NCBI GenBank assembly: GCA_021784755.1
Contig: JAJYHM010000006.1
Location: 33,449-97,448, forward strand
Length of the DNA: 64,000 nt
From: Pseudomonadota bacterium
GTDB lineage: Bacteria > Pseudomonadota > Gammaproteobacteria > Acidiferrobacterales > Acidiferrobacteraceae
Direction of reading: 5' to 3'
Below, in pieces: positions 54,534 to 64,000 of this stretch. The position numbers and the translations under genes were made by a program. The notes beneath the pieces are model-generated. The model searched no databases. It saw nothing but the letters and a program-made list of their open reading frames with translations, and was not told the origin of the DNA. Position 1 is the stretch's first letter. The number at the start of each line of letters is the position of its first letter.

Positions 54534-57500
54534 TCAGGGCTGGGTATAGTGCGGAATGACACCGGCATTGCAGCCGGAGTCTACATTGCGCATTGAGGAA
54601 GGTGTGGCCTTGGCGCGGTTTGTCCACAAAGAACGAGGCTCTGTTCCGCTCGGATACATAAGTGGTGTTTCCTGAGGGGGCGGGCCGAAGTGCCCATAGA
54701 TTGGCGGAATCACAGCGCGCCACCGTGCAATAAGATCCAAAAGCATCTGGTCAGCAAAAGCGCTCTCGCCAGCATCCACGGCCGTTATACGTCTAAGCAA
54801 AACGTCTCGTACACGGTCAAGCAGTGCACCATCGGGTGGTGGACTGGGACGCTCACGAACAGCTGGATTGCCCCAGTAGCGTGCGAGTGTGATGAGCTGG
54901 GCATGAAGGGCCCGTTCACGCACGGGCACAGCAAACGGCGTTACGCTTGTCGGCTCAACCCATCGGTATATGCTCTGGTGATACGAGCGAAAATGTTCGA
55001 AATGAGAGCGGTCGCGCGGCTTAGCGGGGTTGTACACCGTGACAACAAGACCCGGCCCCCTGACATCGCGGCCAACTCGGCTTGTTGCCTGAATATACTC
55101 GGCAGTCGTCTTGGGTTGGCCGACGACCGTCATCAGACCAAGCCGTGGGACGTCGAGACCCACCTGAATCATGTTTGTGGCGAGGCAGACATCCACCGGT
55201 TTTCGTTCATTTGTACCGGGATATGGATTAAACAGCTGTTGAAGAACGTCCGTGACCTCGGTGCTCTGGATGCGGCTCGTAAGCTCCAAGTCACGATTTA
55301 TGAACCTTCGCAGGTCTGGTGCACCGCTGCCAGCTGCCGGTTTGCGTATGTCAAGTCGATCCCAGACCGCATTCAAATGTTCGCGGATATCAGCCCGGAT
55401 GAGAGTCGCCGCGTGTCCAAGTTCTCTCAGGCTGTTGAAGTAGGCCATCAGTGTCCAGTAGGGGTCGAGTGACTCAGGCGATGGCGTTGGCACGCAACGC
55501 ACCGCCTGAAGCAGTGCGGACATCACGCGGACTTGCGCGGTAACGTGAGAAGACAGTGCGGAGCCAAAAACGCCGACGTACAGTCGCCCCGGTAGCTGTT
55601 TACCATCACGGTCGCGCGTCGTTTCCTCTGCGAAGAAAGAGTCGCCAGCACGCAAACCCTGCGGCGGGAATAAAAAAACGTTCTTCTCGCCACATGCGTA
55701 GAGAGAGTGAGCCTGCTGGGGCGCGCGGCATATGGTTGCAGTGGATGCTACGATTTTCGCTGAGTATTCATTTCCATCCAGCTTGTGCCGGCAGAGCGCA
55801 TTGATGGTGCTCTCATACATTCCTACCATCGATCCCAGCGCGCCCGAGATTAGGTGCAGCTCATCCTGGATGATGAGGTCCGGTGGTGAAACAGGGTTGT
55901 TGTCGTCCAGGCCAAACAGACGGCGAGCCTCGGGATACCACGGGAGCATGGCAAATTTATCGACCGTGCCAACGATCAGCGTCGGTCGTTCGTCGTAAAT
56001 CGCCTCGTCCACGACTAGCAAGGGGAGCGCACGGGCATCGTGGAAATCGCAAGCCGCGTCTTCGCAGCGAAACACAACGCGCTGGCCCTCCCTTCGGTAA
56101 CCTTTCGGGTAATATGCGTTACCTTGTTGCACCGGCCCCATTTCCGCCCCGCACCACGGGCACGTGAGCACAACAAATGGGTTGGGTTTTCCATTTCGGT
56201 GAAGAGTGTTAAGGTCGGCAACAGCTTTCTTATTGTTGTTAGGGGTGACCCCCTGACCGACCCAAAGACCGATTGAAATTCGGTCAGTGCCGAGTCTGGA
56301 TTCGTTCCGCCGACGGGTCATCTCACAGGCGCAAATGAGTGACGCGGCGCGCTGGAACTGTTGGGTTGTCAGAAGACGCAGCGTGTAGCGCATCAGGACG
56401 GTCGTGCCTGTGTCTTTCGGGTTGAGCAATCTCCGGCGGAAAATGGTGAATGCGGTCAGGCCAAGGTACGCCTCTGTCTTGCCACCTCCCGTGGGGAACC
56501 AGATCAAATCAGCAATCGCGCGTTCCGAGCTATCGCGCTGCGACATCGCGCGAAGGTTCATCAGGATGAACGCCAACTGAAACGGACGCCACCTCCCTTT
56601 ACCTTTGGGCGGATGATCCGGATTCGGCGGTATGTATGCCGACTCCAATGACAGCACACCCGCATTTGAGACCCAGCCGCGACGATGGTTCGACGCAAGG
56701 TCATAATGAAGCTGCTGTTCCAGCATGACCTGATTCATCCAGGCAAATGCCAGTCGCGTATCTTCGTCGCCGGCAAGCAATTGGATGCCGTCCATGATTC
56801 TCCGGTGACAGGCGCGACACAGTCCCAGGTGGCGAACGGCTGCCGTCCGGTGCTCATGTGGAAAATCTGCTGCCGCAACAATGTCCTCCTGGTGTTTGAT
56901 CCAACCGAGATACTCATCAGCGAGCAATCGGCACTTTCGTAGTGCATCGGGACTCTCTTTATCGGAGAGCAGACGCATCGACAGCTCCAGCCCGCTGATC
57001 TCGCGCGGAAGTATGGGTTTTATTTCGTAAGTCGGCAGAGTGTCGGTTCTTATCTCCCGAACAGCAGTAGAGTCCGTGCTTGGCCAAGCAGCAGCACAAC
57101 CGTGCCCCACGGAAAACGTCTTGTGGTGGCGGTAAAGAAGACGGAGTGACTGCTCCTCTTCGTCGTTTTCCATTCCCTCCCTTTCCGGGTATTCCAGAAA
57201 ACAGGTGTCACCATCAGCATCCTCAACCTTAAACTCGCACTGAAAGAAACATTCGTTATCCTTGGGTCTACTGCCTGACATGGTCGCCCGATTGATGAGC
57301 GTAAACGTCACGATGCGGTCGCGCGTGGGTTCAGTCGCGCGGGCGTAAGGACGGCTGTAGATATGAAATGCCAACTTCAGGTCAGGACTCCCCGTGGGGA
57401 GGTCGACTGTGAGCGTGAGGTGCTTTGCGGGGGTCAGTTGTGCACAATCAATTTCCACAGGCGGCGGGCTGACAGCCTTTCGGTAGTGATGGGGCAGCCA

Positions 57501-57956
57501 ATTCCCCGCCTTATCCTGCCTGCCCACCCCGGGGACTGCCTTTTTCTCATAAAGCGCTGCATGCACTGTGACCTTGAGGCGCCGGGGTAGTTGCACCAAA
57601 GCCGTCAGCCCCATCGCGCTTGGCAAATACTCGTTGGCCCTGTTTACCTCATGCTCGGTTGTACTTTCGGCATCGCCAGTTCCGCCGCTCGGTGTCACAT
57701 CCTCTGGCTCGTCACCCTCAGGCGGTCCGCTCTCGGCAGTCTTCACCTCATCGGCGGCAGCGTTCTCCTGATCAACCACACACGCTTTTCGTGGGAACAG
57801 AACACCTGCGCTATAGCGCAGCCGCGGTGGGTCCTGCGGGCGCAGTACTTCATCACCCTCATTGAGGTGCTGGTGCTCCGGTCTTGGATCGGGTCCGATC
57901 AGCTCCCGACGCAGAAATTCCACGATGGCAGAACGGACCGCCGCAGCGTCAGTCAC
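54534..57956 (-). CDS. drmA: SF2 helicase of DISARM
   Basis: RELIGP N-terminus, GHGC, WRPFQLAF, FPTGGGKTEAY, RYTLRLLT.QQF.RA, QDELHLI, YFNSLRELG, ATNMI.VG.D, YIQATSRVGR. Confidence 0.92.
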   Translation of the reverse strand: MTDAAAVRSAIVEFLRRELIGPDPRPEHQHLNEGDEVLRPQDPPRLRYSAGVLFPRKACVVDQENAAADEVKTAESGPPEGDEPEDVTPSGGTGDAESTTEHEVNRANEYLPSAMGLTALVQLPRRLKVTVHAALYEKKAVPGVGRQDKAGNWLPHHYRKAVSPPPVEIDCAQLTPAKHLTLTVDLPTGSPDLKLAFHIYSRPYARATEPTRDRIVTFTLINRATMSGSRPKDNECFFQCEFKVEDADGDTCFLEYPEREGMENDEEEQSLRLLYRHHKTFSVGHGCAAAWPSTDSTAVREIRTDTLPTYEIKPILPREISGLELSMRLLSDKESPDALRKCRLLADEYLGWIKHQEDIVAAADFPHEHRTAAVRHLGLCRACHRRIMDGIQLLAGDEDTRLAFAWMNQVMLEQQLHYDLASNHRRGWVSNAGVLSLESAYIPPNPDHPPKGKGRWRPFQLAFILMNLRAMSQRDSSERAIADLIWFPTGGGKTEAYLGLTAFTIFRRRLLNPKDTGTTVLMRYTLRLLTTQQFQRAASLICACEMTRRRNESRLGTDRISIGLWVGQGVTPNNNKKAVADLNTLHRNGKPNPFVVLTCPWCGAEMGPVQQGNAYYPKGYRREGQRVVFRCEDAACDFHDARALPLLVVDEAIYDERPTLIVGTVDKFAMLPWYPEARRLFGLDDNNPVSPPDLIIQDELHLISGALGSMVGMYESTINALCRHKLDGNEYSAKIVASTATICRAPQQAHSLYACGEKNVFLFPPQGLRAGDSFFAEETTRDRDGKQLPGRLYVGVFGSALSSHVTAQVRVMSALLQAVRCVPTPSPESLDPYWTLMAYFNSLRELGHAATLIRADIREHLNAVWDRLDIRKPAAGSGAPDLRRFINRDLELTSRIQSTEVTDVLQQLFNPYPGTNERKPVDVCLATNMIQVGLDVPRLGLMTVVGQPKTTAEYIQATSRVGRDVRGPGLVVTVYNPAKPRDRSHFEHFRSYHQSIYRWVEPTSVTPFAVPVRERALHAQLITLARYWGNPAVRERPSPPPDGALLDRVRDVLLRRITAVDAGESAFADQMLLDLIARWRAVIPPIYGHFGPPPQETPLMYPSGTEPRSLWTNRAKATPSSMRNVDSGCNAGVIPHYTQP

Positions 57957-59728
57957 GGGATCTTTCTCCAGTTTTCTTGTAATTTGCGACGGACGCATTC
58001 TGCAATGAGCGGCTGCGTCTTTGCATGGACGAGCATGATGAGCTGGGAGCGCGCGCGAGACATTGCTACGTAAAGCATTGCCTGCGGCTCCTGGTCCGAT
58101 ACCTGTTCCACGTCACACAGCACCACTGCCGGGCTTTCCATGCCTTTGAAGGCCTGTACTGTGGAAAAGCGTATCACTGGCACTCGCGAGCCAAATTGAA
58201 CATGCTCACCCGCTTCCGCGAGTCGGAAACTGTTGCCACCATCAACACCGGCTACACCGGAATTCGCCAAGCGGAGACGCGAAATGACAATAATGTCAGC
58301 CGCGCTCACTTCATCGGCTAAAAGCTGTCGGATTGTATCGGCGAGCGCATCACGCTGTTTTCTGGCTGAATTGTAGTAATGGTAGTCCACCGGAAGTCCG
58401 ACGACCTGTCCCATTCGATAGGGTGGTGACGAAAACCCGGAAAGCAGTGCCGTTTCCTCACCTATGTTACGGGTATTACGGCAGTTCATCGTAAGCCGAC
58501 CCCTCGTGAAGTGCCCTGCAGTTGACTCAAGAAGCGCTTTCAACTCCTCTCCGGTGGTCGGATTGAAGATTGCCTGGCGCTGGAAGTCGCCGAAAATTGC
58601 CCAGCGCCCCCCGGCAAGTCCACCCTTCAGCCAAGAGTTCAAGACATCCAGGATGCTAGGTCGCAATAGATCTTGTGCCTCATCCATCACAAGCACATCG
58701 AAAGGCTGATTGCGCTCCTCGACGGCGAGAACGCCGCAAAGCGGATACACACTATCAAAGAGGTCCGTGGTCTGTCCGCGACTTTCCTCCTCTAGGAAGT
58801 CTCCGGCGACTGATGAGCTGATAATGACTTCGCGTAGCTGCTTAAAGAATCGTCCGGCGGCGAGGTTCTGCGGTTGATCAGATTCCGCAGCTTGGTGTTC
58901 AAGCCAATCGCCGAGGAGGCGGTTGAAGCAGATGAGCAAGGTCCGTTTTCCTGCAGCCGCAGTACGGCGGGCATATTCGAGAGCCAGCATGGTCTTTCCG
59001 GTCCCGGCCGCGCCCTCGAAAAGGCATCGGTCGTTGTCGCAAAGCAGGTCTAGCGCATGGAACTGTTCTTCGGTGAGCCTCAGCAGTTGCGCCTCAGTGT
59101 CCTCAATCTGTGCGCCGCGCGTAACAACAAGCTCGAAATCAGGGCGAAGAAGCTGCTGAAGAGTCCGCATTGTCGCTGAACTCGGTTCTCCGGCAGAGGT
59201 GTTTGGGTGAAGTTTTCGCTGCTCTGAGGCGAGTCGCAGCAATGACTGGGAGATGGGGCGTTTCAGGGCTTCGTGGTCAACAATCTGCCATGACTCCCAT
59301 TCCGGTGAATGTTCGGTGAATGTCACGTCGGGCATCACGACTGCATATGCGTGAAGCAAGCCGGACGGAAAACCTTGTGGTGCACGGTTGAGTACAGAAT
59401 CACGTAAGGCAAACATGCCTTCACGTGCCTGAAGGAAAGGACTGCGGTTCATAACGTGTGTTTTTCCAACCCCGCTTGTCGTCTCCCATCGTCCGCTCAA
59501 ACAGGCAATGCGTCCTCCTTTGACCTCCAGGCACAACACTCCATGGCCGGGCACCAAGACAACAAAGTCAATTTCGCCATACGGCTTTCTGGCGCGGCGA
59601 GACAGACCGAGCGAATGCAGAACAACCCAGTCTCTGGTATCCGGGTCGTGCTGGAGAAGCTCAAAAAGTTTCCGCTCCGCCGCACTGGCGGTGGACGAGT
59701 CAAACTGTGCCGGAAGCATCCTCGCCAT
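57953..59728 (-). CDS. NERD nuclease fused to a UvrD/SF1-like helicase
   Basis: EIDFVV..LCLEVKGG (PD-(D/E)xK), GAAGTGKT, DEAQD, GD..Q, N.RNT, FKGME, LYVAMSRA. Confidence 0.9.
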   Translation of the reverse strand: MARMLPAQFDSSTASAAERKLFELLQHDPDTRDWVVLHSLGLSRRARKPYGEIDFVVLVPGHGVLCLEVKGGRIACLSGRWETTSGVGKTHVMNRSPFLQAREGMFALRDSVLNRAPQGFPSGLLHAYAVVMPDVTFTEHSPEWESWQIVDHEALKRPISQSLLRLASEQRKLHPNTSAGEPSSATMRTLQQLLRPDFELVVTRGAQIEDTEAQLLRLTEEQFHALDLLCDNDRCLFEGAAGTGKTMLALEYARRTAAAGKRTLLICFNRLLGDWLEHQAAESDQPQNLAAGRFFKQLREVIISSSVAGDFLEEESRGQTTDLFDSVYPLCGVLAVEERNQPFDVLVMDEAQDLLRPSILDVLNSWLKGGLAGGRWAIFGDFQRQAIFNPTTGEELKALLESTAGHFTRGRLTMNCRNTRNIGEETALLSGFSSPPYRMGQVVGLPVDYHYYNSARKQRDALADTIRQLLADEVSAADIIVISRLRLANSGVAGVDGGNSFRLAEAGEHVQFGSRVPVIRFSTVQAFKGMESPAVVLCDVEQVSDQEPQAMLYVAMSRARSQLIMLVHAKTQPLIAECVRRKLQENWRKIP

Positions 59729-59729
59729 A

Positions 59730-62423
59730 TCAAACTAAGCCTAGAAGCAGGTCACTGACATCCGGGATGAATTTTTCAAAAAGCAGCCGGTTGACCTCTC
59801 CCCGGCCACGCGGCTCCGCCTCCGTTTCTATCGATTCAACACGCACGATCCATGCCGAGCCCAACTCACCCAAGTCTACCTTGGTTCCATTCTCTTCAAC
59901 CTGTCCGATAACTTGCGGTAACCGTTGCAGCAGCGCGTCTCTCAGCCTCATTCCCGCACTAAGGTGGGCACTTCTGAGCTGTTCAATCGCCGACCATACA
60001 GAGTCAAGCTCCCTTTCAAGACGCTCATCCTTGGTAGCAATTGCAATCAGGACCAAATCATCCTTTTCACGTGGTCCAATCTGGGAATCATATGCAAACC
60101 AGTTCCGGATCGTAATAGGGTGGCGCGGACGCTTTAACTCGTCGGCGTGTTTACGGAATTCCTCGGGAGTAAGTCCACTCGAATGCAAGGCGTCTTTCCA
60201 GAAATGAGCGACCCTGCGAAGCTGTTCAACTGCCTGACCTACTAATTTGTCGGCAAGTTCCTGAATCAATTCGCGCTCTCCTGACTCCGGAAACACAACA
60301 AAATCACCTGGCCCGATGTCGGGTAAAGCTCGCTCGGGGAGCGCTTGGGTGGGACGTGCCTCAGCGGAAACCAGTCTCGTTGCTACGGGAAGCTTGTGGC
60401 TCTCCGTTAGAAATGCGTAGCAATCTCCTGAAAAGCGGACGTAGCGCGCCGGCAGAGTCTCTGCTGCGTCAGTTGGTCGCGCCGCGAGACCGATTCTCCC
60501 GATGCGAAGTCGTCGCTCGAATTCCCAAATATCGGACCCAACGACTAGTACGGCACTGTCTGGTGCCTGCGTCTCCTCTTCTGGCCATTTGGCCCCAGCC
60601 TGATTCTCGCCACATACCAAAGCAGATTTTTCATCTCCCGTGAGCATTTGCACCGAAATGTTTTTCTTAAATCTTGGTTGGCACTGCCGCAACCAGTGGC
60701 GCTCACACCGGTACCCTATGACCGTGACGCGCGGAGCTGCGAGTTTCGAGACAACCTGCTTCATAATTTCACCGCCCGGCCATGACACGCAAACTACGCG
60801 ATCAAAAGGTTCGCTGGAGGGAAGTGTTGTCGGTGAAAATACCTCTGCTTGGGTGGCCACTTTTTGGCCGGAAAGCCATCGGCGCAATTCACCAACCTTG
60901 GCCTCGTTTCGAACAAGTATTGCTAGTCTGCAATTCTCTTGAGTGGCGTGCCGTACAGCACTTATGAGCGTTGCGCCTTTAGTGCACCCCAAAGTGGAAT
61001 CAGCCATGTAACAACCTGCAAGGCTTTCGGCGATTTCGGTCAACAACTGGATGCTCTCCGGTGCAAGCCACGCACGGTGTTGCCCCACCTCCTGCCGAAA
61101 CGCATCTATAGCTCCCAGCACATTACTGCGTTCGTCTGCGGTCGGTATTTTCCAGGCACCAGTAGCATTAAGAAACAACCACCAAACGCGGGAAGCTAGT
61201 CTGGTGATATTGTTGTCATCATCGGCACGATCGGCGGTGGCGCGGAGCTTGTCCAATTTGAACCAGATCTCGTCGAGATGAGGATCTTCACAAAGCATGT
61301 CATCCACTAATAGGGCATCGTAGTTTTCCGCCCAGCGCTTCACTGATCCGAGCATCCCGCCGCTTGTGGCGGTATTTGTCCAGGATGCTAATTCGCGTCC
61401 ACAAAGGGGCCAGAACCTGCAGCCCCGCTTACCCAGCGTTTCGATCAATGCTTCATCACCGTGGTCGGTGAACGCTACAAGTCGCTGTGTCTGTGAAATA
61501 TCGTCGTAAGCCTGAATGCTGCGAATTTTTTCGAGCCCGTTTATCAGGACCAATTTTGACCATGGAGCTGCATCCATGCAGAGATTCGCAAGCAATTCGG
61601 CGGAGCGCGTTACAGCAATTGCTGGTTGACCAGCACCGTCACTCTGGTGCCATTTCCTGAACCACCCTGGATGTGCAGGGTCAGGTGGCGCGATGTGTCC
61701 AAGCGGCAATAGAGCCTTGAGGCTTGGTGCGTCGGTGACTTGCGAGCCGGCCAGGAATCCACACGTTCCCGCGAAATCCTCGAAGCCGGAGACAGAGTCA
61801 AGGATCAGCAGTTCGTTCTCGAAGAGGCTGTGGTTCCCGAAAAAAGATGTGCCAAGTAGCAAGTCAAGAGGAGTGGCAGGTGGTGAGAGGATCGGTGAGG
61901 TTAGCCGGCCCACCGGGCGAGTTCGGGTTGTTCTTTCAAGTCTGTTTACTACATCGGCTGCTCGAACCTGCCACCTTCCGTGATGGTTAACAGTTTCGAG
62001 CCAGATTCGATCCGGGCAATTGGCATCATAGCCGCCGTATCTGAAGACCTGACGACCAGGATGGACGCGAACAAGATCGCCGATGCCGAAGCTTCTCTCT
62101 GCGTAGGACTGTGTGAGCTCCTTCTGTTTCCGGACAAACTGGTGCATCGCGTACAACACCGCTGACAGTCGTGCCAGATCCCCACGACGCGGGAGGATAA
62201 AACAAACGGGTGGCGTGGGCGCGCTCGAAAAGACCGCCAGAAAAATTCCCAGATATGCAGGCAATGCTTGGGGAGCCGAACCTCTTCCGCGTTCCTCCAA
62301 AAAGAGGCGGGTGAGAAGAGGAAACTGATCTTGAAGTTGTCTGTAGATTACATCCATCGCCACAGCCTGTTCGTATGCACTCAGCTCGTCGCTCCGGGCA
62401 GCATTGGGGGCGCCAAGCTCCAT
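59730..62423 (-). CDS. drmE: DrmE-like protein
   Basis: 897 aa first gene of the drm operon; C-terminal GDFVVFPESGERELIQELAD..LR..A..WK.AL..I.NW..IGP..H..AG pattern that I recall from DrmE-family proteins. Position supports the call. Confidence 0.65.
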   Translation of the reverse strand: MELGAPNAARSDELSAYEQAVAMDVIYRQLQDQFPLLTRLFLEERGRGSAPQALPAYLGIFLAVFSSAPTPPVCFILPRRGDLARLSAVLYAMHQFVRKQKELTQSYAERSFGIGDLVRVHPGRQVFRYGGYDANCPDRIWLETVNHHGRWQVRAADVVNRLERTTRTRPVGRLTSPILSPPATPLDLLLGTSFFGNHSLFENELLILDSVSGFEDFAGTCGFLAGSQVTDAPSLKALLPLGHIAPPDPAHPGWFRKWHQSDGAGQPAIAVTRSAELLANLCMDAAPWSKLVLINGLEKIRSIQAYDDISQTQRLVAFTDHGDEALIETLGKRGCRFWPLCGRELASWTNTATSGGMLGSVKRWAENYDALLVDDMLCEDPHLDEIWFKLDKLRATADRADDDNNITRLASRVWWLFLNATGAWKIPTADERSNVLGAIDAFRQEVGQHRAWLAPESIQLLTEIAESLAGCYMADSTLGCTKGATLISAVRHATQENCRLAILVRNEAKVGELRRWLSGQKVATQAEVFSPTTLPSSEPFDRVVCVSWPGGEIMKQVVSKLAAPRVTVIGYRCERHWLRQCQPRFKKNISVQMLTGDEKSALVCGENQAGAKWPEEETQAPDSAVLVVGSDIWEFERRLRIGRIGLAARPTDAAETLPARYVRFSGDCYAFLTESHKLPVATRLVSAEARPTQALPERALPDIGPGDFVVFPESGERELIQELADKLVGQAVEQLRRVAHFWKDALHSSGLTPEEFRKHADELKRPRHPITIRNWFAYDSQIGPREKDDLVLIAIATKDERLERELDSVWSAIEQLRSAHLSAGMRLRDALLQRLPQVIGQVEENGTKVDLGELGSAWIVRVESIETEAEPRGRGEVNRLLFEKFIPDVSDLLLGLV

Positions 62424-62904
62424 TTGGTCAGGTTTTTAAATATGGGAATGAGATGGATGGTTGCGCCGTTTTGCCCCGCACATGAAAACCGCGAAGGGTG
62501 CCCCCTTCTATTTCCTCCGAATCCCCGTTACGCGTTAGGACCATATAGCCCCAGCCCGGATTATTCATGAATAGCACTAAAGGAGGGCCGCCGTTGTGTT
62601 AGAAAATCGTTGCAACACGATACATCCTGCGCACACGGAGCCATCACATATGAGACGATACTACACAACGGGCTGGCGTTTTCAAGGATCTGTTTGGCGA
62701 GATGATGGTGACCCGCTTCGACAGACAACCGGCGGGTCCCCAAACGGCGGAAGCGGCCGTTGGGAGGCGGACCCGTCAAGGAAGCGGAGCCTTCTGAAGG
62801 AGGGGCTGCGTAAATTTGGTAGCCGCACCCCGTGGGCTTACAACTTGGCCAGTCGGCTCAGGAACATCTTGAGTCGCTTCCTGATGGTGGACCAGCGCCC
62901 CCTA

Positions 62905-64000
62905 TTAATCTCAAGTTGCCCCGAACGAAAGACGTTTTCCCGTGTTTTTTCAAGGTATTGCAAGAGAATCTCTGTTCCGCGCCCTGCCTACACGGCGAGG
63001 GTGTCGATAAGTTCCATGGCGCGCGCTTGCAGGGGATTCGATTGTGTCGTCACGGTAAAGGTCGGGGCATCGTGGGCGCTCGATGTGCAGCACGTGTTGC
63101 GCACGATGGTGGCGAGCTCTGTGAGGAGCGTCTGGAAGCTATGGACAGGCGTGCCGTCCTCGTGGCATCGACGCGCGATCTTCGCTTTGGCCGCGGCGGA
63201 GCGTTCAGCCGGCGCCACCGGATCACGGGTGGCGCGGGCCTCCTGGTCCTCGTCGGCGAAGAGCAGCTCGCGCCAGGCCTCCTTCAGGTGCCACTCGACG
63301 TAGTAGGCGAGCATGCAGAGGAAGATGTGGGCGCGCACACGATCGCTCAAACGATGATGGATGGGGCGGACCTTCAGGTCCACGGTCTTCATCGACCAGC
63401 CATTCGGCCGGCAATGGCGAAACGCCCGCTCGACCTGCGAGAGGGATTTGTAGTGACGCACGCAGCTCGCACTATCCAGACGGTCCGGTGTGACCGAGGT
63501 GCGGATGATGTAGATCCCATCAAGGGCCGCCTCGGCGGCAATGGCGTCCTCCTGGCGGGCGAAGGTAAGACTCGTGTCGATGATCGTAAGAGTGAAGTGC
63601 TTGGCCATCTTGTAGCGGTTCACGACACGACCCACCGTAAGCCCGATCTTATCCTGCCCCTTCAGGCGTCCGGCTTCGACGCGGGCGGCAATCTTTGCGA
63701 GATCCTCTTCGGTCGCTTGCAACAGTTCGGCACGCTTATGCGCCCGGAGTTTCGCCAACTGCGGGTTACGACAGGCCACGAGCCGCTCCCCCGGGTAGTC
63801 GGGGTGCTGGAACTCGGCTAGGTTGCGTTCATCGAAGAGGTCAGGCTGGATGGTCTTGTCCTCGACCAAGGCGCGGATCGAGGCGCTCTTCAAGGCCGTG
63901 ATCCAGTCGATGCCGCCTTGGTCCCGGAGGGTCGCGATCGCCGTACTGCTGATCATGCCGCGGTCGCCGACCATCACGAACTGCGCAATGCCGAATTCGT
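62905..64000 (-). mobile_element. IS1634-family element (5' part outside the window)
   Basis: Transposase ends at 62988; candidate right end TTAATCTCAAGTTGCC at about 62905; GC-rich relative to the island. Confidence 0.8.
62988..64000 (-). CDS. IS1634-family transposase (partial)
   Basis: VGDRGMI, YPGERLVAC.NP, LDGIYIIRT, YKSL.QVERAFR, RP.HH...RVRAH.FLCMLAYYV; frame open to the window edge. Confidence 0.92.
   Translation of the reverse strand, partial: EFGIAQFVMVGDRGMISSTAIATLRDQGGIDWITALKSASIRALVEDKTIQPDLFDERNLAEFQHPDYPGERLVACRNPQLAKLRAHKRAELLQATEEDLAKIAARVEAGRLKGQDKIGLTVGRVVNRYKMAKHFTLTIIDTSLTFARQEDAIAAEAALDGIYIIRTSVTPDRLDSASCVRHYKSLSQVERAFRHCRPNGWSMKTVDLKVRPIHHRLSDRVRAHIFLCMLAYYVEWHLKEAWRELLFADEDQEARATRDPVAPAERSAAAKAKIARRCHEDGTPVHSFQTLLTELATIVRNTCCTSSAHDAPTFTVTTQSNPLQARAMELIDTLAV

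Noticed and set aside
62740-62790. SRP RNA or group II intron domain V
   Set aside because: A GGAA loop is present, but the SRP CAGG/AGCAG internal loop and the intron DV AGC triad context are absent.

Overview
GC-rich gammaproteobacterial chromosomal segment. An Acidiferrobacter-like acidophile is my inference and is not verifiable here. From left to right: (1) 1-2 kb, an amino acid:[carrier protein] ligase-like class II aaRS paralog followed by an N-myristoyltransferase-like tandem-GNAT gene that the ORF track missed and that runs off the window. (2) 2-10.7 kb, a tightly coupled, stripped-down VirB-type T4SS operon (virB2-3-4-5-6-8-[9]-10) ending in an outer-membrane beta-barrel and an Ig-like lipoprotein, with no VirB1, VirB11, VirD4, relaxase or integrase nearby. 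(3) bioF-bioH-bioC. (4) A rearranged MSHA type IV pilus locus in three blocks, each preceded by a sigma54-like promoter, with no mshQ. (5) Housekeeping genes: trmL, trxC, yhdH/acuI, rpiA, ilvA, zapA-6S RNA-fau, ygfB-pepP-ubiH-ubiI, an MCE/Mla ABC operon, ntrBC and a Fur-boxed atypical NRAMP. A PhnD-like plus HAMP-GGDEF-EAL module sits between rpiA and ilvA. (6) From about 50.4 kb, a lower-GC defence island: a class II DISARM-like operon (drmE, NERD-UvrD helicase, drmA, drmB, vsr, C5 methyltransferase, no drmC), an IS21 stub fused to a decayed AspBHI-like 5mC-dependent nuclease fragment, and an IS1634 at the right edge. No CRISPR array, tRNA or rRNA was seen. All family assignments come from motif recognition by eye, not from database searches.
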